Source: an uncultured Sphingobacteriaceae bacterium (lineage in GTDB: Bacteria > Bacteroidota > Bacteroidia > Sphingobacteriales > Sphingobacteriaceae). Taken from it: a stretch of DNA of 64,000 bases. Within the stretch, counting starts at the first letter, position 1. Every line of letters starts with the position of its first letter. Of this stretch, positions 11,401 through 21,644 are shown one piece after another. The notes beneath the pieces are model-generated. The model made no database searches, had not been told where the DNA came from, and saw only the letters and a program-made list of their open reading frames with translations. A program made the position numbers and the translations under genes. Location of the stretch: positions 42,334-106,333 of the forward strand of contig CAVWSO010000011.1 of the NCBI GenBank assembly GCA_963757615.1. Direction: 5' to 3'.

Positions 11401-11537
11401 GTAACGTGTTTACGATCGTCAAGCATACGCCCAATATCGATCCTGAGTCCAACTATTCAAACGGCCCGCAGGGGATCGAACAGGCAACAGTGCCCTATAC
11501 CAGGACTTTCGGACTTAACCTAAACGTGAAATTTTAA
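8442..11537 (+). CDS. susC: SusC/RagA TonB-dependent outer-membrane transporter
   Basis: Intact 1031 aa; N-terminal CarboxypepD_reg-like domain, PLYVIDGIP, INPDDIETVSILKG..A.ALYG.RGS.GVILITTKSG, C-terminal RTFGLNLNVKF. Confidence 0.97.
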   Translation: MKQNLYQLKFPFLFKASVVNLLIILVAAASAFAQTTISGKVTDGDSNEPLPGVTITVKGTSIVVGTNVNGLYSVTAASNATIVFSFVGYKTQELAVAGRTTIDVKLHLAAAELKDVEITAYNIKRERRVLGYSTTEVKGATLTEARETNFVNGLEGKVAGVNVSNVATGPGGSANVVIRGISDLTGSNQPLYVIDGIPMQNTTYSQTDVGGGYGGADGGDGTININPDDIETVSILKGSAATALYGYRGSKGVILITTKSGKNAKGSGVEWNSNFVVQSVIDNTDWQKTYGQGSDGLKPVSGSDAFELGLSSWGPKLDGTPVYQFDGVQRPYSSVSGNMGRFYKDGYAATNTVSFSKNLNDEGSIRFSANDLHNTSIIPNAGYQQQAFSLSTNYKLGKRLDLQLKGQYINAFTHNRPSVSDAPGSVNFATLFLPPNVNITNLAPGYKADGSENQFLDDAYTTNPYFAAYKFINNTRRNRFIGSADLKYTFDNGLYLELRAGEDYYNDRNTNVTPNGTAYQTDGAMTEEARKSTELNVDAIIGKKFTVTKDFNITGLIGGNTRKNAVDDLVATGNTFETPYLYTVGNLASPTEFLNNPVIENRSVYGTADFAYKNYLYLGVTGRNDWYSTLAPGKTNYFYPSINGSFVFSELLNLDWMDLGKLRVGYADVGGEADQPYQTLLGYNNIGNLNGHPIGNISNGSTVPNDKLQPSSTKEFEVGAEFNLLKSRLHVDVAYYNKKNSKEVIPAVTSESSGYNAVLLNSGTIQNKGIELLISGVPVKTKDFTWTETLNMTYNDNKVLSLTAGATNYPLGYSRAGEDEGVGVAYMAQALGKSAYQIYVADPERDATGKIVIDPETGAPAAGTTYKDVGSGVDPWTVGINTELRYKALHFSFLIDGKFGGKIFSGTNWYGYGYGLNKETLVGRDLRYGTQELFPQDYYAQIATNNPEIFVYDASFIKFRQIILGYTFPASLFKNKIQGINLSFVARNVFTIVKHTPNIDPESNYSNGPQGIEQATVPYTRTFGLNLNVKF

Positions 11538-11572
11538 GGTGATTATTGATAAACACATTAAAACTGCTGAAT

Positions 11573-13204
11573 ATGAAATTACAACCTAAATATATATTGG
11601 CAATTGCAATTACAGTAATGACACTTGCCTCCTGTAAAAAGGACCTGATGAAAATCAACACCGATCCAAATGCTGTACCTGTTGACGGATTTGATCCCAA
11701 TAACGTACTTACTACCACCCAGCTTTACTATACAGGCAGTACCGACAATGCCATTGAGGTGGAAGAGACGGAGATACAGGGGGCTGGCTGCTATATCCAG
11801 CACTGGGCCTCGACCTCGGGTTATTATTTCGGGGATAAATACCTGCTCAGCCCCGGAGGCTGGGGTTCATTTTTCGACCACGCCTATACCTACGGCGTAA
11901 AATACGCTGTTGACCTGTATACCAATACTACAGGTAAACCCCAATACAAAAACCTGCACCAGATTTCGAGGATCATGAAAGCACTCATATTTGAGCGCAT
12001 AACCGATGTATATGGCGACGTACCTTATTTCCAGGCAGGTCAGGCCTACACCAAATCAATCTATTTTCCGGTCTATGACAAACAAAAAGACATTTATACG
12101 GACCTTTTAAAAGAAGTGTCACAGGCGACCGACAGCCTGGATGTGAATGCAGACAAACCCGGAGGCGACCTGTTCTATTCGGGCAATGCGGATCAGATTG
12201 GCGAGTGGAAAAAATTCGGGAACACGCTGCTGCTGCGCATGGCCATGCGTCTTACCAAAGTTGATCCGAACACCGCTAAAACCTATGTGCAAAAAGTGAT
12301 CGGTCACACCATGGCCAGCAATGACGATAATGCCATCGTTCAGCATGGGACAAATGACCCGCTGACGATAAACAGGATATATCGCGGCATCGGCGAGGAT
12401 GGAGCCATACAGCTGGACGGCCAGATCGGTCAGGCCTTTATGGACACGCTGCAATTTCACAACGACCCCCGTCTGCCGGTATTATCCTACGTATATACGC
12501 CAGATTATCAGCCAGGTGATGATCCTTCGGGCGGTTCATCGGACCCTGCAGACCAAAATGGTTTACCCAATGGCTTTAATACGGGCGCCGGCACTTTTGG
12601 AATTCAAAATTATAAAGGTAAGCCTGCAACACCGAGCACCCCTGCAAATCCGCCTTACCTTGGAAGCATAAGCGCCTATTCGCGCCCAAGCCCGATCATT
12701 TTTAATTCTACAGCGCCAACGCTTATTTTGACCTATGCTGAATCCGAACTTTTACTGGCAGATGCAGCAAAACGCTGGGGCATTGGCGGCAACCCGCAAA
12801 CGCATTACAATAACGGAGTACTGGCTGCCATTACGATGTTAACGGCTTTCGGCGACGCGGGCACGATCAGTGGCGATGATGCCCAGGCATACCTGGATGC
12901 GAACCCCTACGTTGATGCCAGGGGATTAAGCATGATCAATACCCAATACTGGATTGCCACCTACTTCAACGAATACGAAGCCTGGAGCAACTGGCGCCGA
13001 ACAAGCAGTAGTGCTAACCCGAAAGGCTATCCTGCATTAAATGCAGTAACCTATACCGGGAGCCAGTCACCGGGGGCCATTCCGCGAAGAATGGAATATT
13101 CAACCGTCGACAAGCAAATCAATACGGATAACTATAATAAGGCAGTCGCCGGCTTGCCCGGTGGTGATAAAATTACCAGCCGCATGTGGTGGGATACGCC
13201 ATGA
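11573..13204 (+). CDS. susD: SusD/RagB nutrient-binding lipoprotein
   Basis: Lipobox LASC; ITDVYGDVPYFQA, WKKFGNTLLLRMAMRL, EAWSNWRRT, RMWWD; directly follows susC. Start at MKLQPK (ORF open from 11546). Confidence 0.95.
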   Translation: MKLQPKYILAIAITVMTLASCKKDLMKINTDPNAVPVDGFDPNNVLTTTQLYYTGSTDNAIEVEETEIQGAGCYIQHWASTSGYYFGDKYLLSPGGWGSFFDHAYTYGVKYAVDLYTNTTGKPQYKNLHQISRIMKALIFERITDVYGDVPYFQAGQAYTKSIYFPVYDKQKDIYTDLLKEVSQATDSLDVNADKPGGDLFYSGNADQIGEWKKFGNTLLLRMAMRLTKVDPNTAKTYVQKVIGHTMASNDDNAIVQHGTNDPLTINRIYRGIGEDGAIQLDGQIGQAFMDTLQFHNDPRLPVLSYVYTPDYQPGDDPSGGSSDPADQNGLPNGFNTGAGTFGIQNYKGKPATPSTPANPPYLGSISAYSRPSPIIFNSTAPTLILTYAESELLLADAAKRWGIGGNPQTHYNNGVLAAITMLTAFGDAGTISGDDAQAYLDANPYVDARGLSMINTQYWIATYFNEYEAWSNWRRTSSSANPKGYPALNAVTYTGSQSPGAIPRRMEYSTVDKQINTDNYNKAVAGLPGGDKITSRMWWDTP

Positions 13205-13233
13205 TGCGCGGTTATTAAATTTATCAGGTCTTG

Positions 13234-13271
13234 AAGGCTGTAAAGGGCAAATCCTTTTACAGCCTTTTTTT
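13234..13271 (+). terminator. Intrinsic terminator of susCD
   Basis: AAGGCTGTAAAGG...CCTTTTACAGCCTT followed by a T-run. Confidence 0.85.
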
Positions 13272-13311
13272 ATTGCAGCCCCTCGCCTGCAGGCAAGGCG
13301 GCTGCAATAAT

Positions 13312-13342
13312 AAAAGGCCGCCCGCTTGCGCGGGCGACCTTC
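13312..13342 (-). terminator. Terminator of the convergent GIN paralog B
   Basis: AAGGCCGCCCGC...GCGGGCGACCTT hairpin with A-run; another hairpin TTGCAGCC...GGCTGCAA lies at 13273-13308. Confidence 0.65.
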
Positions 13343-13365
13343 AGATATAGGAGCAAATGCGAGAA

Positions 13366-13977
13366 TTATAATTCAACCAGTTGTTCTCCCTGAGCCTTTT
13401 CTATTTTTCTGGTAAGGTGCTCGGCGCTGAGTCCTGTGCTGTTTACAGTGGCAGAGCGGTAGTAGTCAAGGCAGCAGTCTGTCATCTTACCGGCAAGGTT
13501 GGCTTTAGCGTGATCATCGATATTAAACTTTACGCTGTATCCGTCAATGTCCAGTTTGGCATAAGCATTATCGTAAAGCGTTACATCCATCTGGATGGAG
13601 GAAATCTTGCCAAATGATTCTACTTGTGCATTATCATAAGCAGAGATGCTTGCCAGGTCGCTTGCCTTAACCCACACTACCAATTTTTCTGGTGAATAGG
13701 AACTGATGCGCAGTACCCCGTTATGATCCTGTACCAAAGCGCTTTCTGAATAATAGTGGTTGTAAACGGTTATCTGGTCTTGCTCGGCATCTGAAATATA
13801 GACCTCTACGTTTCCCCTAACTTCTATTTTGCTGATCTTGCTTGTGGCGGGAAGAACGGTGCTAACTTGTTTGTCCTTGCCTGCATCTGGGCCGTTCTTG
13901 TCAGCTGCGAAAGTTGTGGTGCCTACTCCTAGAACTATTGCTGCAATAGCTGCGAAGGAAAAATTTCTTGTTTTCAT
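13366..13977 (-). CDS. Secreted GIN/DUF2807-like protein, paralog B
   Basis: Likely start MKTRNFSFAAIAAIVLG (the longer ORF runs through the promoter); KISKIEVRGNVEVYISD and SAYDNAQVESFGK shared with paralog A. Confidence 0.75.
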   Translation of the reverse strand: MKTRNFSFAAIAAIVLGVGTTTFAADKNGPDAGKDKQVSTVLPATSKISKIEVRGNVEVYISDAEQDQITVYNHYYSESALVQDHNGVLRISSYSPEKLVVWVKASDLASISAYDNAQVESFGKISSIQMDVTLYDNAYAKLDIDGYSVKFNIDDHAKANLAGKMTDCCLDYYRSATVNSTGLSAEHLTRKIEKAQGEQLVEL

Positions 13978-14036
13978 GGTATTGAATATTATGATTGTCA
14001 GTCGTTTGCTTTTTATGTTTCTAAATACACCCATAA

Positions 14037-14128
14037 GACGATCACCATGTAAAAGCGTTACAGCAAAAAGGCCTCTATTAGATGTACAGGCCTGTTTTCC
14101 CGGTAAACCCGGGATTTGAGTCGGTGAA
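14037..14128 (-). promoter_or_regulatory. ECF-type promoter plus three 9-bp direct repeats at 21-bp period
   Basis: TGTAAC-N16-CGTC at 14037-14062; repeats at 14078-14086, 14099-14107 and 14120-14128. Confidence 0.7.
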
Positions 14129-14200
14129 AAAATCAATGATTTATGTCCGGACTGAGCCTGGCCGGTAAAAAATGGCGGAATCCGATCAGACTTCTCCCCT

Positions 14201-15118
14201 TCAGATCGGAAGCCGTTTTTTGAGCTCCTGGCCAATGGCCATAAAACTGCGGTGATTGAGTGGAAATTCCAGAATGCAATGCACAAGGCTGAGCAAAAGC
14301 AGCCACTTTAAGCCTAATTTGTAGTTGTAGAAGTATAATGCAACGGAGGCAATCCAGACCAGGCCAATGCAAACGGCCCGGCCGGCGGTAATACGATGCC
14401 AGTTAATAATACGGGTTTTGCTGAACCAGTTAATATAATGGTAGGTGTAAGCAAACGCGATCACCCGGGTTAGCAGTATGCTGGTATTATTCGAATAAAC
14501 GTCAAGAGAAGGGTTGCGCAGGGTTACGGCATTGAGCCGCGCAAAATAAGTATAGTTATTCATTGCCCAGCCCGAGGGATCATTATGCCAATGGGCAAAC
14601 AAGGTAAACAGCCCTACCGGGCAGAGCGTAAAGATAAACACAGCGAAATAACCCGATATCTTTTTTGACTTCAGGGCGCCCGATAACAGGAATGCCCCGG
14701 TAAAGAAATAAACATGGATCAGGGTGAGCATGTACAGGCCAAAAATCGTCCGGACCAGATTGTTGGCCAGTAAAAAATAACCCGCAGCGACGAGCATGGC
14801 TGCAGCCAGCAGGCGGCTTAGGTTCTCTTTTAAGAATAAAAATACCAGGGATAAACCAAAAGTGTAAAAGACCAGGTTCGCATAAGGCAGTTTAAGCAGC
14901 AATGAGCCAGCCGTGATGGCCATGATGATCAGATAGTCGTACCGCTTTGCGGTAAAAAACTGTTTGCCTTTAAGCCAGGATATCTCCGTAAGGTAGTGTG
15001 CCGGTCCCAGAACAGCATAAGATAACAGCACCAGTTCAAAAGGGATTACCATTGCCAGGCAACAGGCCAGAACCATAGCCAGAACATTAAAGTAATTGAT
15101 GCGATCCAAATGGTCCAT
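14201..15118 (-). CDS. Uncharacterised polytopic membrane protein with intramembrane His motifs
   Basis: Intact 305-aa hydrophobic ORF; motifs GPAHYLTEISW, LIHVYFFTG, YTYHYINWFSK, LVHCILEFP. Confidence 0.8.
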   Translation of the reverse strand: MDHLDRINYFNVLAMVLACCLAMVIPFELVLLSYAVLGPAHYLTEISWLKGKQFFTAKRYDYLIIMAITAGSLLLKLPYANLVFYTFGLSLVFLFLKENLSRLLAAAMLVAAGYFLLANNLVRTIFGLYMLTLIHVYFFTGAFLLSGALKSKKISGYFAVFIFTLCPVGLFTLFAHWHNDPSGWAMNNYTYFARLNAVTLRNPSLDVYSNNTSILLTRVIAFAYTYHYINWFSKTRIINWHRITAGRAVCIGLVWIASVALYFYNYKLGLKWLLLLSLVHCILEFPLNHRSFMAIGQELKKRLPI

Positions 15119-15192
15119 TTCTGTTTAAACTAATAGGGCATAGCGGCATTGGCCACCGTAAGGTAATAAAATAGGATCATTCCCGGCAATGA

Positions 15193-16966
15193 TCAATCGC
15201 CGGCCGCTGCCGAATTGTCCGGGTCAGTCAGTTTACCGGCCGTATCCGGCAGATTGCCCTGTCTTTTTTCGTCCAGGCATACATCGCAAATTCCGCATTT
15301 AGGGGCATGCTCTTCGTCAAAATACCCCAGGAGCATCTGGCTTCGGCACCTATGGTGCTCGCCGTAGGCAAATACGGCTTCCATTTTCTTCCTGTAAACT
15401 GATTTACGCTCTTCTATATTTCGTTTATTGATCAAAAGCTCGCTGTTTTGCATTCGTGGCCGCAAATAGGTGATCTGCGGCTGATCGGTTTGACCCAGGT
15501 AGCTCAGGACACGCATTTGCTGCAGCTGATTCAGACCTTCTATTACCTGCTGCACACTCAGATTGCTGCGCCCAGCAATGTCAAATTCTCTGATAGGCAC
15601 ATAATTTTCAAACGATCCGCCATACGAGCGCAGCAGGGTTTTAATAAAAGGATCCCAGGAGGAATTTTGCACCTGGAAATGATACAGCGCTTCACTTGCC
15701 ACTTCGAAGCGGAACCTGGCGGGCAAAAACACATGCTCATTAAATGACAGGTAATCGTCCTGCTCTAAAAACTTGAAAGTCTGAAGGGTTTTAGCTGCAT
15801 CCAGCTTAAAGCGGGAGCAAAAATCGACCAGGTCAAGATCAAGGCTAATGCCTTCACCCGTGCCGTAGGCCAGTTGAAAATAGCCGCCTAAATAATGATA
15901 AACCTGCCTGATCTCATCGACCGATGGGAAATAGCGTCAGGAGTTTGTTCTCATTTTTGATACGGTCCAGCGTGGTTATACAGCAATACGGCATAGGCTT
16001 TACGCTCATCACGCCCCGCCCTTCCGGCTTCCTGGTAATAGGCTTCCAGACTTTCAGGCATATCCTTATGAATGACAAAACGAACATCCGGCTTGTCAAT
16101 GCCCATCCCAAATGCATTGGTAGCCACAATGATACGGATCCGGCCCGATTTCCAGCCATCCTGCTTGGCGGAGCGCTGTTCCACTGTCAAGCCCGCATGG
16201 TAATAATCGGCACTAAAACCATTGCTCATTATAAAATTTAGCAATTTCTACGGTCTCCTTTCGGCTTCGCACATACACGATGCCGCTGCCCTTTACACCT
16301 TTGGCTATATCCAGTAGCTTGCCGAGCTTGTTTTCTTCATGTCTGACCACATAACTGATATTTTTCCGCTCGAAGCTGTTGCGGTAAACATCAGCCTGCT
16401 TGAATAGCAGTTTCTGCTGTATGTCATCCCCTACTTCCCCTGTTGCGGTTGCCGTAAGGGCCAGCACCGGAACATCGGGGTGCAGATCGCCTCAGATCGG
16501 CAATATGCAGATACGGCGGCCGGAAATCATATCCCCATTGCGAAATGCAATGGGCCTCATCCACTGCAATCAGGTTAACATTCATATACTTGATGCGTTC
16601 TCGTACCAGTTCAGAAAGCAAACGCTCCGGCGAAAGGTATAAAAATTTCACAGAATCATAAATGCAATTGTCCAGTGCCATGTCCATCTCGCGCTTGCTC
16701 ATGCCGGAAACAATGGCAAGGGCTCGAATGCCTTTGGATTTAAGATTTTCGACCTGATCTTTCATCAAGGCGATCAATGGCGAAACCACGATACAAATTC
16801 CATCCTTTGCCAAAGCCGGAACCTGGAAGCAGACTGACTTACCCCCACCCGTCGGCAGCAGCGCCAGTGTATCACGCCCAGCTAACACAGACTGAATGAT
16901 CTCTTCCTGCAGGGGCCGGAAACTATCGTGGTTCCAATAATGCTTTAATATCTGCTGGATGGTCAT
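15193..16966 (-). CDS. recQ: RecQ-family ATP-dependent DNA helicase (frameshifted)
   Basis: LPTGGGKS, VDEAHCISQWGYDFRP, LALTATAT, VATNAFGMGIDKPDVR, YYQEAGRAGRD, CRS..CGICDVC zinc site; 3' end uncertain. Confidence 0.92.
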
Positions 16967-17086
16967 GCTCGATTTCGGATGCCGAATTTCGATTCGGATT
17001 TATAACGCAAGCGAGATAAATCGAGCAATCAGATGAAATCCTAAATCTTCAAATATTTCTAACTTCGCAGCGTTAAGCACTCAACT

Positions 17087-20000
17087 ATGAAATATATTAT
17101 CGCTGTCATCCTGTTTTCTATTACGGTCAATACACTTTTTGCACAAAAATGGAACGTTGAAAGCCCCCCCGGGCCAGCAAAAAAAGTTACCATTACCACC
17201 GATGAAGGTACCTGGATGAATCTGGATGTAAGTCCGGATGGTCAAAACCATCGTATTTGATATGCTGGGCGATATTTACAGCATTCCCGTAACAGGCGGC
17301 AAAGCTACTTCCCTGGCCACCGGTAAAGCCTGGGAGATACAGCCGCGTTTCAGTCCGGATGGAAAGCAGATATCCTATACCAGCGATAAAGATGGCGGGG
17401 ATAACATCTGGATAATGAACAGCGACGGAACAGACAAACATCCCATAACCAAAGAAAACTTCAGATTGCTAAATAATGCCTCATGGACACCCGACGGGCA
17501 ATTCCTGGTGGCTCGCAAGCATTTTACCGGTACCCGTTCACTGGGCGCCGGCGAAATGTGGCTTTATCATAAAACCGGCGGCGAAGGCATCCAGCTAACC
17601 AAACGTAAAAATGATCAGCAGGATGCTGGCGAACCTACCGTATCGCCCGATGGCAAATATGTTTACTGGAGTGAAGATGTTACCCCTGGCCCTATCTTTC
17701 AATATAATAAAGACCCATATAAGGGCATATACGCCATAAAAAGACTGAACCGGGAAACCGGGGGAAATTGAAACGGTAACCGGCGGAGCGGGAGGTGCCT
17801 GCCGCCCGCAAATATCGCCCGATGGCAAACTGCTGGCATTTGTAAAACGGGTAAGGCTGAAATCGGTATTGTACCTGCATAACCTGGCTACCGGCGAAGA
17901 ATGGCCCGTTTATGAGGACCTTTCACAAGGATCAGCAGGAAACCTGGGCCATATTTGGTGTTTACCCGAATTTTGCCTGGACACCCGATAGCAAGAACAT
18001 CATCTTTTATGCAAAAGGGAAAATCTGGAACCTGGATATGACCACTTTAAACGCCGCTGCAAATTCCGTTTGAGGTGACCACCATCAAACCATAACCGAT
18101 GCGCTGCATTTTCCGCAAAAGGTTTTCCAGGAAGAATTCCCGGCTAAAATGATACGTCAGCTTACCACATCTCCCGATGGAAAACAGGTGGCATTTAACG
18201 CGGCAGGCTATATTTATATAAAAACCCTGCCAGATGGCGTACCCATGCGCATTGACAGTACGGCCGATTTTGAATACGAGCCGCAGTTCAGCCCGGATGG
18301 CAAATCATTGATCTATGTGGACTGGAACGACGAGCTGAAAGGATGCCATCAACAAAGTCGATCTGACTACGCATGCTGTCACACGACTTACGCCGGAAAA
18401 AGGCCTTTATTATTCGCCGAAATTCTCCAACAAGGGGGACAAGATCGTTTTCCGAAAAGGAGAGGGAAATGAGTTCTGGGTTATTGCTTTTGGTAAAAAC
18501 CCGGGGATCTATATGATGCCGCCAATGGCGGAAAGCCCAAAATGGTCATCGATAACGGCATTCTTCCGCAATTCTCTACGGACGATTCCAAAATATATTA
18601 TCAAAGTCATGAAGGGGAAAAAAAACTTACAGGGTGATGGACACTACAGGTGCCAATCAGAAAACGCTGTATACATCTAACTATACTACCCAGTTTGTTC
18701 CGAGTCCTGACGGTAAATGGATGGCGTTTACTGAATTGTTTAACTGCTACATTACCCCGATGGTGTATACCGGCAGTGCGCAGGATCTGTCCGCCAGCTA
18801 ATAAAGCGATCCCATTAAGCAGACTGACACAGGACGCTGGCACTTACATTCACTGGAGTAAGGACAGCCAGAAACTGATGTGGACCCTGGGCTCCAAATA
18901 TTTGACGCGCGATATACGCAATGCGTTCCCTTTCGTTGATGCCGGGGATGAAAGACGCCGGCTATCGATACGGCAGGGATAGACATGGGCCTGAAATTAA
19001 AAACCGATGTTCCGACTGGAAAGATCGCATTTAAAAATGTGCGCATCATTACGATGAAAGGAGATGAGGTAATTGAAAACGGCACCATCTTGATTGACCA
19101 GAACAAAATCGCCGCGATTGGCAAAGCGGCTGAGGTAGAAATTCCTGCGGATGCCAAAATATATGACCTGGGCGGAAAAACCATTATGCCGGGCATCGTG
19201 GATGTTCACGCTCACCTGCATCCAAGTCCCGACGGCATTTCGCCGCAGCAGGACTGGAACTATTTTGCCAACCTTGCTTTTGGTGTCACTACAGCGCATG
19301 ATCCCTCAACCAATACGGAAATGGTTTTCAGCCAGTCGGAAATGGTAAGATCCGGGCATATGGTAGGACCCAGAGTATACTCTACCGGCACCATTCTATA
19401 CGGCGCAGACGGGGACTTTAAGGCAGTGATCAATAACCTTGCCGATGCCTTATCCAATCTTCGCCGGTTAAAGGCGGTGGGCGCATTCTCGGTTAAAAGC
19501 TATAATCAGCCCCGACGTGAGCAGCGTCAGCAAATCATCGAAGCTGCACGCCAATTACAAATGGAAGTGGTACCCGAAGGTGGTTCAACCTTTTTCACCG
19601 ATATGAACATGATACTGGACGGGCATACCGGTATTGAGCACAATATCCCGGTAGTGCCGGTTTACAAGGATGTAAAAAACCTTTGGAACGACAGTAAAAG
19701 CGGCTATACCCCCACGCTGATCGTTTGCTATGGCGGCTTATTTGGCGAAAATTACTGGTATGACCGCACGGAGGTTTGGAAAAACGAACACCTGCTGAAT
19801 TTTACCCCCCAGTCCATTATCGATGCCCGGTCGCGGCGCAGGGGGATAGCCGAATATGGTGACTATGGTCATATTGAGGTCTCCAAATATGTTAAACAGA
19901 TCGCAGATGGCGGTACCAGGGTGAACCTGGGCGCGCATGGTCAGTTGCAGGGACTGGGCGCACATTGGGAGCTGTGGATGCTGACCCAGGGAGGTATGAG

Positions 20001-20322
20001 CCCGCTGCAGGCCTTGCGCTGCGCAACGATCAATGGCGCTGCATATCTGGGAATGGACAAAGAGATTGGCTCCCTTGAAGCGGGCAAATTGGCAGATATC
20101 ATCATTTTAAACGACAACCCGCTTACCGATATTCACAATAGCGAGAAGATCAAATATGTAATGGTCAACGGCCGGCTGTATGATTCGGATTCGATGAACG
20201 AAATTGGCAATCACGAAAAACCCCGTCTGCGTTTCTGGTGGCAGCTCAACCGTGGCGATATGGTAACTATGCCCAGCAGGAATAACGAGACATGGCTGTA
20301 TACGAGTGAAGACGGGGACTGA
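17087..20322 (+). CDS. Secreted TolB-like beta-propeller/amidohydrolase fusion (frameshifted)
   Basis: Signal peptide MKYIIAVILF; many PD40-type SPDGK repeats; MPGIVDVHAH and GSLEAGKLAD amidohydrolase motifs. Confidence 0.85.
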
Positions 20323-20349
20323 TTTTACCTACCAAGCCGGCTAAAAAGT

Positions 20350-20383
20350 AAAACTCTGCAAATCAAAATTTGCAGAGTTTTTT
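20350..20383. terminator. Bidirectional terminator
   Basis: AAAACTCTGCAAAT...ATTTGCAGAGTTTT between convergent genes. Confidence 0.8.
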
Positions 20384-20431
20384 ATTAGTTTCAAAACTCA
20401 TTTTATGATATGCCCACTACGCCCCAATAGG

Positions 20432-21583
20432 CTACGGGCTTTTACTCGCCCTGAATAACCAGGTATAAAATCCAGGAAAATCCCACTGCCATTGCTGTTC
20501 GTTATGACTGGCCCCTTTTACAATTACTACCGGCGAATTTTCCGCACTTACACCCCTGGAGCGAACCAGCGTTACCATCTTTTGCATATCGGTAACCATA
20601 TCGCTGCTTTCCGAATCGCCGCAAACAAAATAAAATCTCGATCCTACATCCAAATGGGTCCGCGCGGCATAACTATACAGTTCGGGAGCAATCCACAGCG
20701 ATGGCGAAAAGACGCCAGCATTGCCAAATACCCCAGGGTAACGCAGGATGGCATACATCGAGATGAGTCCGCCCATGGAGCTGCCTGCAATGGTCGTATT
20801 CCCCGGATCGATCCTTGTCCGGTAATGCCGGTCAACGTAAGGCTTTAAGGTTCCAACCAGAAATTCCAGGTACGCTTTACCCTGGCCTTTTCCGTATTTC
20901 GAATCATAAGGATCATATTCCCTTATCCGGTACTGACCGCCGTGATCGATTCCAACAATGATGCACTGCTCTTGGGGAGATAATTTATCCATAAACTCAT
21001 CTATCCCCCATTCGCCGTAGGCTGAAGTATACTGGTCAAACAGGTTCTGTCCGTCCTGCATGTAGATGACCGGATATTTTTTATCAGATACGGCATAGTC
21101 CCGGGGCAGATAGATCCATATCCTTCGCTGGCGCTCCAGCTGCGGAATGCCAAAATTTTCCGAGATAATATGGACATTAGCCCCGGCGGTGTGCTTCTTT
21201 TCGGCAGCCCGGAAGCTGTCAGCCCAGGCGGCCGGTTCGATCATGATCGTTGTGTCTTGCCCAAGTGTGAAGGTCCGGTTGCCTACCGCGCCCCCATCTG
21301 CTGCACACTCCACATTTTGCCAGCTTCCCCTGGTGATCTTAAAACTACGAATGCCTTTGGCCAAGGTTTTTACAAGTTGCCAGCTGCCCCGGCCGGTCTT
21401 TTGGAATTCAAAGGCTGGGTCGGCCGGGTTCCAGTTATTAAATTCACCCGCGGCAAATAAGTGAATATCTGCCTGTTTTGCTGCAGGAACTTTGCTAATG
21501 ATGAATGTCACTTTCGCCTGTCCCAGCGAAAGGAATGTCTTAAAACAAAGTAAAAAAGTCCAGACTGCTATAGCTAATCGCAT
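20432..21583 (-). CDS. Secreted alpha/beta-hydrolase (esterase family) with N-terminal CBM20/48-like domain
   Basis: AGEFNNWNP and FKITRGSW N-domain; YPVIYMQDGQNLFD, nucleophile GSSMGG, HNE. Confidence 0.8.
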   Translation of the reverse strand: MRLAIAVWTFLLCFKTFLSLGQAKVTFIISKVPAAKQADIHLFAAGEFNNWNPADPAFEFQKTGRGSWQLVKTLAKGIRSFKITRGSWQNVECAADGGAVGNRTFTLGQDTTIMIEPAAWADSFRAAEKKHTAGANVHIISENFGIPQLERQRRIWIYLPRDYAVSDKKYPVIYMQDGQNLFDQYTSAYGEWGIDEFMDKLSPQEQCIIVGIDHGGQYRIREYDPYDSKYGKGQGKAYLEFLVGTLKPYVDRHYRTRIDPGNTTIAGSSMGGLISMYAILRYPGVFGNAGVFSPSLWIAPELYSYAARTHLDVGSRFYFVCGDSESSDMVTDMQKMVTLVRSRGVSAENSPVVIVKGASHNEQQWQWDFPGFYTWLFRASKSP

Positions 21584-21594
21584 AAATGCTGTAT

Positions 21595-21627
21595 AAAAAA
21601 AGCTCGCCGTTTGCGCGGCGAGCTTTC
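21595..21627 (-). terminator. Intrinsic terminator after gltA
   Basis: AAAGCTCGCCG...CGGCGAGCTTT hairpin with an A7 run. Confidence 0.8.
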
Positions 21628-21644
21628 GTATATTAATGGTCAAC

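Noticed and set aside
13978-14286. 100-aa N-terminal extension of GIN paralog B
   Set aside because: It overlaps the upstream gene and the conserved promoter; the signal peptide and paralog alignment start at 13977.
15193-20322. RecQ plus amidohydrolase as an anti-phage system
   Set aside because: The genes are divergent, the amidohydrolase is secreted, and both are ordinary Bacteroidota families.
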